A DNA stretch of 63,976 nucleotides, filler included, from Thelocarpon superellum (Eukaryota), in NCBI GenBank assembly GCA_026025795.1. It is 3 parts of 3 records of this genome, joined end to end, with 100 filler letters (N's around TTAATTAATTAA, not from the genome) between each part and the next. Parts side by side here need not be neighbours in the genome. Positions count along the whole stretch, not along the records: positions 44,798 to 63,976 come from JAPEUG010000347.1; 2 more parts are not named here. One strand, written 5' to 3'. A program made the translations under genes and the position numbers. Under the pieces are notes generated by a model. It was not told where the DNA came from and made no database searches. It was given only the letters and a program-made list of their open reading frames with translations. Numbering within the stretch: the stretch's first letter is position 1; every line of letters begins with the position of its first letter. Shown here in pieces: positions 51,380 to 61,408 of the stretch.

Positions 51380-52989
51380 TCAAAGGGAATCTGCCCTCTC
51401 CACCGCCACCTTCGGGCGCCATCTCTTGCGGGCCACATTGAAATTTGTCGCTGGAGCTTGAGCGGCTTGGGCCACAGGCTGGGCCGCAGGCTGAGCTGCT
51501 TCCTGGGCCACGGGCTGGGCCGCGGGCTGGGCCAGAGGTTGTGCTGAAATGCCGCCTTGAACAGCGTCTGCAGCTCCAGCCTGAGTACCGCCAGCTTGGG
51601 TGCTGTCGGCCGGGGTGCCGGCGGCTGGAGCCGCAGCTTGGGTATCACCGGTTTGGCCTCCAGCACCACCTTGAGCGCCGCCCTGTGGATTGATTGGTGC
51701 CATTCGCAATTGAGGAGTCTGGCCAAGGTCAAACACGACATATTGCGCCTTCAAGAAGGGGAGTCCAAGGGCCATGTCGCCGCCACCAAATGCCACATCC
51801 ATCACCCCTCCAGCGCAGTCTGACGGAGCGTTAGCCTCGGCCACGGAAATGAGGTCGCTCGGAGACCAGTCGAGATCACTCACGTGTTGCGTTGGTGCGG
51901 ATGAAGTCCAGGTTGCTGCCGGGCACCACCGCCTGATAGTTGTTGTTGATGGTGATGGTCAGATCCGTGGGAGTCGTGGTACATGGCATGACCCAAGCCT
52001 CGATGCCGTCTTGCAGCTCGCCGCTGGCTTGTGGGATTGTCGCGTAATACGCGGCCACAACCGGCTGCGGCAAGAAGATTGCGTTCGATCCCGTGTCTGT
52101 GGGCGCCGGCGGTCAGTGGGAATGTTGGCGCACGGCGGGAACTGTTCCTCGCTCACCGATGCTGGCCACCTGCCCTCCCGCCGATCCCAGGCTCTTTCCC
52201 CCAGCGCTCACATCGGAGACGGCGACTTGCCAGAGATGTTGCGTGCTCTCCACCGTGACGTTGGTCAACGTGCCCGTGAATTGCGTGGTATCAATCGCAC
52301 CGAAGTCGATGCTACCGGCCGTGGGAGAGTTGAAGTTGACGGCAAAGAGAGGCTGCGCGAGAATCGGCTCGAGATTCTGGAGGAAGGTCTTTTGTCCCGC
52401 GGGCTGGAGCAGATTCGTCGAATCCGGACCCAGGCCGAGGATACCATCGGAACCGGTCTGGAGGCCCTCCTGGTAATTTGACGGGAGCCCGACGGGCTGT
52501 CCCATGACGGCTAAGCTCCCCAACTGAACGGTATCGGCCCCGACTCCGCCGGAGAGCGAGGTGCCATCGCCGTAGGAGATGGTCAGGCTGTCACCCGGCA
52601 ACGCTTTGAACGTCGTACTCTTGGTCGGGTCGAACAAGGTTTGGTTCGGTGGTGCAGGCGTCGTTGCCTCGGTGCTCGTGACCCAGCTGATGGGACGATG
52701 GTCAGTCTGGCTCTAGGAGAGGGAGGCCATGCAGCAGGAGGAGTCCATACAGGTCATAGGAGCCAGTGTCTGGTTCCAGCTGCAGTGTCTGCCCTCCGAT
52801 GACCACTTGCATTAGGGCGACGTTTTGTGGAGTGATGGTGATGGGTACGCTCGAGCTCTGCTGTTGCGCCTGACGACGATGAATCGCCACATTTTCCTTG
52901 GGGCTCCCGCCTCGACGCGCGGACACAGCGCCGGCGGCGAAGAGCGTCAACAGCGCACCGACTGGAAGGAGCTTCGCCTTTGTCTTCAT
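51380..52989 (-). CDS. Secreted pepsin-family (A1) aspartic protease with a Q/A/P-rich C-terminal tail
   Basis: Signal peptide, DTGSYDL|WV, flap ISYGDG, DGILGLG, second catalytic SID|TGS and LGLPFLKAQYVVFD; introns 52687-52750, 52097-52156, 51820-51883. Confidence 0.9.
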
Positions 52990-54356
52990 CGTGAGCTATC
53001 TTTAGGCCATTCTCTGGTCCACCCAGAGGAAGTCAGCGAGAGACCATGACTTGGCCAGCGCCGGGGTCATGCGGGGACCATGCATCTTTATCGGAATCTT
53101 TTGTCGCATGGGTTGAGACGAGCAGGCTGACGACGATGGTGACGAAGCCATTCGCATCAACACAGGAGGCGAGCTCAAACCCTCAAGCGCGTGTAGGCTT
53201 AAAGAGAGGCGATCAGCTTGATACATGTCTCGTCAGAGCTGTCGGGCCTAGTGTGACGGGGAGAAGATTGTGCATGCATGACTCTGCCATCATTCGAAGA
53301 AAAATGAACCGAATATGCTGGCATATCAGACGTGAATAATGTTCTATGACTAGCTAGTCAGGTGTTGTGGGAATACTCCATCTCAACCTCCACTCGTCGG
53401 CGATCAGGGCCAATGGTGAGAGTGCCGGAGAGTGCAGCGTCGCTCCCGGAGACGAACAAGACTCTTTCGAGGTCGCCCTTAACGGCTTCGGTGGAGGTGC
53501 ACGCTGAATTTCGTTGAGCAAGCGAGAGACTGACGTGGTGTCTCTGGTGGAGAGATGGCCTAGTATCCCCCCCTCTCGATCGACTTGTTACTGCCTTGAT
53601 TCCGGCGTCACTCGTGCTTGGCTTTCGTTGGAGCAGTGTGGCTTTTACGAGTAGACACCGTCAGCATTTCAAATCGGGTAAGGATAGGTGGCGGCCGCAC
53701 CAATTCCACGGTACGGCAGCACTCGACTCTGTTACGACTAATCATAGCGCGCTAGAGGGCCGCTGCGCTGCCTGACAGCACGCGAGGCGAGTGGTCTCGG
53801 TTCACCATCCCGAGTCAAAATATGAGTCGCAATGAGGAGCACGTCACCGCCTCCCACCGTAGACTCATCAATTGAGTCCAGCAGTGAGCCATTTAAGACG
53901 GAAAGTTGCTGGCTCTGAAAGAGCACCTCTCCACCTCGATCTGTTGACCTCTGTGCCGCGCCGCCTGCGCATCGCCAGTGGACATGCCATGCGTTGTACT
54001 TGATGTCGGACGCGCTCAGATTGTAGTTGTCCTCGGCTACGCCCCACCGCCCACGGTTTCACCTGTCGCCGTGCGATCTGTCCAACACTATCCGTACTCC
54101 CCAGTCAACTAACCTAATTTCTCTGGTACCGGACTGCTAGTCAGCAAATGGGGCCAAAAGCTGGCCTGACCGAGCTCATGCAGACTCGGGAGACGTTTGC
54201 CGCAGCTAGACAAGGGCAACAACTCACGGGCCCACGCCGATATGAGCTGCAGGCCGCTGGAGAGCATCCCCGTTGAGCCCGAAGACTCTCGGCCCTGCGA
54301 ATATGAGACTTCTCCCACCGTGGGCTCGTCCCTGGGGACAGCGCGGATCACGAGAC

Positions 54357-56414
54357 ATGAAAATGACGGAGCTGCACCTCTAGAACAAGCCCAACCTTGC
54401 TCCAAGCCATCACTCCTCTTCTTCGGTTACGCTCCTGAATCCTGTCTGGACTGAGCCGGACTTGACGCCCACTGGACGTGACTTCGAGCACACGCCGCCG
54501 AAGGTCTGCCGAGAAATAGACCAGTTCTCGGGATGGCAGTTTGGCGTGGTGTCGGTCTCCGTCCTGCTGTCGGTCGTCCTGATCCTCAACTTGGTGTTCT
54601 TGATCTGGGCGGCAGCCTCGTTCAAGGTGCAGGGTGGGATCGGTACCCTCCAGAGCGGATCTTGCCAGGAGACGGAGACCCTCAGCACATGGATCCACCT
54701 CGCCATCAACATCCTGGGTACGGGCATGCTGAGCGGCAGCAATTACTGTGAGTCTGAACATGCCCCTGCTAGCGTGCCGCAAGAAGATTCCCAACTCATC
54801 CGGTGTGTTTTGGTCAGGCATGCAGCGACTGTCCGCGCCGAGTCGCGCCGACATTGACCGAGCCCATCAGAGGCGCCACTGCTTGGATATCGGGATCCCG
54901 AGTGTCCGCAATCTCCGGCACATCAACCGATCTCGGACGGCTATCTGGATCGTGTTCGCGTGTAGCAGCTTGCCTCTCCATCTCTTCTACAATTCCGTCG
55001 TCTTCTCGCAGATCACGGCTGTCACATACAACGCCTTCATTGTCGACCCAAGCTTTCTCACCAGCGCCGCTTTCGACGCGGTCAATGTCACCGGTGACAG
55101 TATATTTGCCAACGCAGCGGCCGACGAGCTGAACTGGCTTCGAAATGCCTCGGACAACCTGGGGCGGCTGGATCCGCAGGAGTGTGTCAACGTCTACGCC
55201 TCGGAAGTGCTCACGAATCGCGGCGACGTCTTGCTCGTGACCAGCCCGAGCAAGACAGTAATCAATAGGTCCGTTTGGGGCGACTTCACCTACGGCGCAA
55301 GCAGCGCGTGAGTGATGCAATGATCCTTTCGCTGGACGTGGCAGCTCAGACGCGGACAATTTATCTATGCGCAGGAATCCCTTCGACTGGATCTGCGACG
55401 ACTTGCCAGGAGTGTATGGTACAAAGTATACCCCAACCAAAGCCTTGGTGAACGGAGTGTGGACCATGAAAGGACAAGTCGTCGACCACTGCTTGAATGA
55501 GACGATGCAGGAAAAGTGCGACTTGCAATTTTCCGTGATGATCATGATGGTTGTGGTCCTTTGCAACAGCATCAAACTACTCGCCATCCTGACCATGCGG
55601 AAGATGAGAGATCCCACGCTTGTGACGGTAGGCGATGCCATCGCAAGCTTTCTCGAAAGGAAGGACATCTTCACGGAAGACATCTGCCTCGCCTCAAAGC
55701 AGAGCATACAGGCGGGCCGGTGGACGATGGCGCAACAGCCACCGCAGCAATGGCGACCCCAACGTCGTTTCTGGTTTGCCGCCGTGGGCTTACGACGTTG
55801 GATCATTTGCAACATCCTGTACCTTCCCACGTCCCCCTTGGGCTCGCGACTTGGTGGCCATGCTGACGTTGAGAATATCTAGATGTGCGATAGGCATCGT
55901 GGGTGCCGGCATCCTCCTCAGGGATGGACTCTCGTTTGGAGAGATTCCCGGGGATGGCAGTCTTGCAAGCTTGTGGCAGCTAGGCTTTGGCACCGTCAGT
56001 CCGCAGACGCTGGTGCAGGGGGGTGGCCTGGCCCAAACGGGTCTCATCGGCAGCACGCTCCTTGCTAACTTGCCCCAACTCGTGCTCTCCCTCCTCTACT
56101 TCGCCTACAACGCCATCATCACAAGTCAAGTGGTGGCGCAGGAGTGGAACGAATCAGGCCGTCGGCGAAAGCCGCTGCGGGTGACGCAGCCACAGGGCCA
56201 ACAAACGTCGACCTACTACTTGGGCCTGTCCTACCAGTACGGCGAGCCGCTGCTCGCGCTGTCGGTCCTGCTGCACTGGTTGTATTCACGGTCCATCTTC
56301 CTGATCAACATCTCCTTCTTGGACTACCGTGGACGGAGCAACGCGGACATCCACAAGATCGACTTTTCGCCGACGGCCTCCAACCAGATTGAGGTCTGGC
56401 GTGTGAACGTCTAG
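54357..56414 (+). pseudogene. DUF6536-type multi-TM membrane protein, probably inactivated
   Basis: HLAINILGTGMLSGSNY|CMQRLSAPSR, LDIGIPSVRNL, SSLPLHLFYNS, LVTVGDAIASFL and ANLPQL. ATG 54357 is followed by an in-frame TAG at 54381, and the C-terminus looks shorter than I recall for the family; introns 54748-54817, 55308-55374, 55819-55882. Confidence 0.65.
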
Positions 56415-57303
56415 CATGTGGGAAGTGGCGTATATATGACTACTTTACGAGAGACGACTTATGAATGACGACTAATCAAGCTTGACTTATACCGGCAACG
56501 AAAGGGGAGTCAAGAGGACCAGAGGACCAGAAAGGCAAAGGTGGAACGAGAATGCGTAGGCGCGTAGAAGGTACATCTATGAGACCCTTGCCGTCACCTC
56601 ATCCGGTTGACACCGCTCTCGCTGGATGTACTGAGCGACGTGCACGAGCCCTAGCGCGAGCCCTTTGCGCGCCCCGGGCCCACGGGTATGCTGGGTGCGC
56701 GGGGTGTTCTGTCCAATCCACACTTCAAGGATCCTCCTCGATGGCCGGCGTGGACACGTCGGGTTCCTAAGAAGTTTAGATGGAAAAACGAGTGGAAGAT
56801 GGAATTGCGGTCCATCCAGCGAGGTTGGCGCCGTCTCCGCCGCTGTGCTTTCCTTTCCTACTCCACCATTCACCTTCGTCGGCTTGGCTAGACGGGAGGC
56901 GCATGATGCCAAATGTATAGGGACTGCACTGCCATGCCAGAAGAGACACTCTTGCGTCCTATAACCACGACTTGGGAACAGAGTCGCGTTGCCAGAGTCT
57001 GAGGTCACATGAACTAGGGGCGAGCTGACCAACAGTCGTTGACTAATCAGAGCTTGAAGTACAGATTGTTTCCAAAAGTTGGCGTGGCGACGCAGCGTAC
57101 AGCTGGGCGGAATCAGCAGATGTCGTCGAGTGGCTAGGATATTGGGGTGCGATAGGGTTCCAAGACCTATTCCTGCCTCTGTTGTTGTTCTCAAGTCGAG
57201 TGATGGAACTCTGCGAGCCCGCCTGCGAGACTCGCTATACAGGTCACAGGAGGTCACATGCTACTTCACGTGATGAGCACATGACTCTCCCTGTCTCTAG
57301 AGT

Positions 57304-57398
57304 TGTGGGAACACTCACGTGACTATAGCACGTGCGACCCCGTTTACTATCTCAGCTATGCGTAACATAGATATTGCGATGCAGCCTTGCTTCCTACA
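57304..57398 (-). mobile_element. Diverged third copy of the ~90-bp TG...CA element, in reverse orientation
   Basis: TGTGGGA...TCCTACA termini; 44/63 matches by hand to the reverse complement of copy 1, with both CACGTG boxes kept; flanks GAGT/CAGT (3/4 TSD). Confidence 0.78.
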
Positions 57399-57878
57399 CA
57401 GTGAGGCATACGCTCCCCAGCCTCACCGGTGTTCATGCACCTAGAGAATGGACACGGCCAGAATTATGCAAAGGAGACGCATATGCTCACAGGACATATC
57501 TGTCATGTCATGGCCTGGACCTTGCCTGGCCCAACACTGTTGGCTTTATGCAGCTTGTCCCTCATGTTGACCCGACGCCGACCTGGAGCCTCGAGTCCCA
57601 CTGACCGCATGACGTCCTGAACCAGCCCGCATCACAGCATACGTTCCCACGAAGAGCAAGTTCCATGAAACGATTCCACTGAAGCGCTTAAATTAGATCA
57701 TGGAAGCAAGATAGAAGAGAGAATCAAGACGCACCGTCACCAGGACCGTTGTCCAAGTACTCACCATCTTTCAGATCACCGGATCATTTCTACCTTTCAA
57801 ATCCCTCACTCGGCCCCAGTGTCCGCCTCAGCTCTTTCACCTCTCCGCGACGATTCAGTCTCACCACCTCGAATCGTC

Positions 57879-58287
57879 ATGTACTTCGCCGCACTCTCAC
57901 TAGCCATCGCCCTGACCAGCTTGAGTCTTCGGGTCAAACGCTGACGAAGACGATAAACGATGCCAACAATGGGGCAACATCGGGGCCGGAACCGCAGTGT
58001 ATCATATCCCTGCCTCCCTCGTGGCTTCTTGCCATGACACTGGAGCCTATGGGCAAGGCATTCTGGACAACATTCATGGTTGGTGCCAGCAAAACCCTCT
58101 TTGGTGGCATCCGGAACCTCCTGCGGGACCCATCTGGCTTGGAGATGTTGGTTTGGGTGGCAGGAACTGCGTCGCGTTTGCCATTGGTGACGCTATCGGT
58201 CAGAACGTGGGAGATACAGAGCATTGCTCTCATCAGGGGAACCTGATCGACATCCACCATGTCAATGTCACGGCCGAATTCCCCTAA
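57879..58287 (+). pseudogene. Small secreted Cys-containing (effector-like) protein interrupted by a +1 frameshift
   Basis: Signal peptide MYFAALSLAIALTSLSLRV. Removing one A at 57936-57938 fuses it to ...NADEDDKRCQQWG...GQGILDNIHGWC...EFP* (about 135 aa, 5 Cys). Confidence 0.65.
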
Positions 58288-59320
58288 GCAAGACCTGAAC
58301 CCCCCTCGGGCTGTGTGTCAAGTCGGCTTTCACAAGACACGACTTGACTCGCCAAGTGCTGCGGAAGCTGAGGGACAATTGAACCAGTCAGCAGGAGAGC
58401 ATCAGTACCTTGGTTCACTCTGTTGGAATAGTCTCAACATAATGAATATCATTCATGATCTTTTTTATCTTTTGAAGGCGACTCGCCTTCTCGATATCCA
58501 TGTCGGAGGTATAGGGGCTCCAGCATGCATCTATCCCCGTCATACCCCGCCGAGTAAGACACGATGGTCAAGGTGAGTGAGAGTCGGCGACATGTATTCA
58601 GTGTGAATTTGCGGGGATACACCCGCTAGATCGGGACAGGCAATGGTGATTCGTCTGTGGATATACATTCCCTGGGCGGGTATAGGTATAGGCATGGGCA
58701 TGGGTATAGGTACAGGTATAGCGCAGTGTAAGTATAACCGTGATCGTGACCATGGGTAGTTGGCCCAACAATCAATCGATCGATCGACTGATCGAGATGA
58801 TCAAACAAAGTCATCATCCCCCCTGACCTGATCCTAATTCTGATACTGATATGGATCCTGACGCATAATCGGATGCTATCCTGATCCGTCCCATCCGCCC
58901 GTCCATCCCTTCGTCATCGCATGCCATCCAAAGAGAGAAACGATAGGAGAACGTGACAGACAGATAGACAGTCAAAGAGAAGGGGTATCGTTCCAAGAAT
59001 AATCGACGACGCGAGGACGAGGGACACTCGATGAAACGCGAAGGGGCTCGGGGTTCGAAGCTCGAAGAGACGCGAGATCGAAAGTTGAAAACGCGTCAGG
59101 AAGAAAGAAAACAGAAGGTCCCATGCAGTCAATCACGTAGTCGGTCGGTCATCCGATCGCCAACATGCTCCATCACTCGCTTTCGCTGTGCACGCATCCA
59201 TTCGTGCATCTGTGCAGCCGTGCATCCGTGTTTCCGGGCGTCCCGCAAATGATCTCATGCCGTCCGCTTTTCGTTTTCGTTTATTTTCTTCACTTGCCGC
59301 CGTCCGTGTCATCCGCTTGC

Positions 59321-61408
59321 TCAAAGACTCCATCCACCGTCCATGTCGCCGCCAAACGTCTGGTCACATCCCTCCAGCCAATAGCTCTGCAAGACCTGTC
59401 GAATGTCCCATCGAACCGCTGGGTCCATCTCCAGACAGCCCTTGATGAGGTCGATGGAATGTTGAGTCTCCGCGTCCGGGCCGGCCGCATGGCGAAGGGC
59501 GCTGTCGCTCCACTCCCCCTTCAGGATCATCATCTGCAGTTTCGGCAGGAAGGCATGCTGAAAGGGTAGCTTCCCCGTCAGCAGCGCGTAGACCACGACG
59601 CCGTAAGCCCACGTGTCCACCGCGGCGAGGAATTGCTTGGCTTGTCCAAGGATCAGCTCGGGCGAGGCGTATTGCAAGCTGCCATCGATCGACGTCCGGG
59701 GGGCCGAGGCGTCCGCATCCGGTGGCCGGCTTCGGTCCGCGGTCGCGCGGTCAAAGGCATCCGGAGAGGGGTCGCGGTCGAAGGCGCCGCCGTCGCCCGT
59801 CATGTAGGTCGCCATGCCAAAATCGCAGAGGAGGAGCGTGCCGTCGGGCGTGCCCGAGTCGGACTTGTCCAGCAAACAGTTCTCGAGCTTGATGTCGCGG
59901 TGCGCGATTCGCACCTCCTCGTGCAGGTACTGCAAGGCCGAGGCCAGCTGGAAGGCGTATCGCTTGGCAACGCGGACGGAGAGACCGTTGCGCCGCTCGC
60001 GCATCAGCTCGTACAGCGACCCGCCGACGTTGAGCGGCATGAAGCAGTACGTGGCAAAGGGCGTGTCGTAGACGGCAATCAGCGAGAGGATGTGTCGGTG
60101 GTTCAAGATGCGCCACACCGCGATCTCGTGCTCCAGGTCGACTTGCGCCCGCTCGTTCTCCCGATCCGACTTGCCCGCAATCTGCTTGCGCACGATCTTG
60201 ACCGCACGCTTGACCTGCGCGTCATCCTCAAAGGTGAAGGCCTCCTTGACGACGCTGAAGCCGCCGTATCCAATCTGCTTGCCGATGACGTAATCGCACA
60301 CTTCCTGACCCTCGTCGTCCGGGTCCACCACCGCCTCGGGCTGCGCGCCGCCAAAGGTGGAGAGGAAGGAGCTGGCCTGGGACGAGCGTCGGGACGCCGT
60401 CCGCCGCCCGCGCCGGAGACTGCTCGACGGGTCGATGTTGAAACTGCGGGCGCGCGGCGAGAGCTCCGCGGCCCGTCGCGGCATCGGCCATGCGCTCGAC
60501 GCGCCCAGCGACGTCGGATGGCGCAAGGAGAATGGCCGAGCTATCGGCGACAGGAGTACGTCCGAGGGAGGATCGACGTGCGTTGCGCGTTCTTCGACAT
60601 CGGACGAGGCCGTGGCGTCGGAGGTCATCGACGCCAGCCGCTCGGGCCGTTCCGCCTTGGCCTCACTGGCCTCCCGACGGTCCCGTGCGATGGAGTTCAC
60701 CGACGTCTGGAGTAGAGGGTGTCGCGACAGGCCGGCCTGCGGCCAATCCCGTTCCCGCACCATCTGACCCGGATTCCGCTCCGGGAGCAGCCGGCCAGTC
60801 TCTGTGTCATAGTTGGTGCGATCGGAGTCGCTCTGCGCCCGTTGCGGTGGCCGTTGCAAAGGTGCTTGCTTGTCATGCACATTCAACACCTGGAGCAGCG
60901 AGCGGCCGCGTGGTCGAGTATCCACGGGGTCACGTGCCGGCTTGGGGACGGGCTCGTCGAGCCCAGCCTCGCGACCGCAATCGAGGGTGACCTTCGGGTT
61001 GAAGCTGATGGCCGTGCTGCGGCCATGGGATGACTCGAAGGACGACAGACCGGGGAAGGCGGTGTCAGGGGCGTCGCTGGGAGGGGCGTCCGGGAAGGGG
61101 ATTGCAGGGCTCTGCTCGAGTGGCGAGGCGACGAAGACCGGCGCGTTGTTGGATCGTTCGGCCACGTCGTCCGGGGGACTCGCGGTCGCGGCAGGGAAGG
61201 GGTTGTTGAAGGGCGAGTCGCTCAAGCTATACTTGTACTCGGTGGAGGGGAGTTGCCACCCGTTGGACAGCGGTGTCTTGACAGCCACTTTCCGGCCATA
61301 GCCACGGTTCGGCGATGGACTCGGGGAGGAGGCGGGCGATGACAAGGTGGAGGTGGAGGGGTCGAATCGAAAGTCCCACGCCGTCTCCTGCGCATCGGCG
61401 GGGGACAT
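59321..61408 (-). CDS. CAMK-group Ser/Thr protein kinase (Nnk1-like) with a long disordered N-terminus
   Basis: Intronless 695 aa; IGYGGFSVVKE, AVKIV, HRDIKLEN, DFG, GSLQYASPE and DTWAYGV. Confidence 0.9.
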   Translation of the reverse strand: MSPADAQETAWDFRFDPSTSTLSSPASSPSPSPNRGYGRKVAVKTPLSNGWQLPSTEYKYSLSDSPFNNPFPAATASPPDDVAERSNNAPVFVASPLEQSPAIPFPDAPPSDAPDTAFPGLSSFESSHGRSTAISFNPKVTLDCGREAGLDEPVPKPARDPVDTRPRGRSLLQVLNVHDKQAPLQRPPQRAQSDSDRTNYDTETGRLLPERNPGQMVRERDWPQAGLSRHPLLQTSVNSIARDRREASEAKAERPERLASMTSDATASSDVEERATHVDPPSDVLLSPIARPFSLRHPTSLGASSAWPMPRRAAELSPRARSFNIDPSSSLRRGRRTASRRSSQASSFLSTFGGAQPEAVVDPDDEGQEVCDYVIGKQIGYGGFSVVKEAFTFEDDAQVKRAVKIVRKQIAGKSDRENERAQVDLEHEIAVWRILNHRHILSLIAVYDTPFATYCFMPLNVGGSLYELMRERRNGLSVRVAKRYAFQLASALQYLHEEVRIAHRDIKLENCLLDKSDSGTPDGTLLLCDFGMATYMTGDGGAFDRDPSPDAFDRATADRSRPPDADASAPRTSIDGSLQYASPELILGQAKQFLAAVDTWAYGVVVYALLTGKLPFQHAFLPKLQMMILKGEWSDSALRHAAGPDAETQHSIDLIKGCLEMDPAVRWDIRQVLQSYWLEGCDQTFGGDMDGGWSL

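Noticed and set aside
53363..53380. TGTGGGAATACTC resembling the end of mini-element copy 3
   Set aside because: Similarity stops after about 13 nt; no E-boxes, opposite terminus or TSD.
59633..60715. Long antisense ORFs (e.g. 59633-60715, 54814-55830, 15641-16420, 11576-12370)
   Set aside because: Shadow frames of real GC-rich genes on the opposite strand, with no independent motifs.
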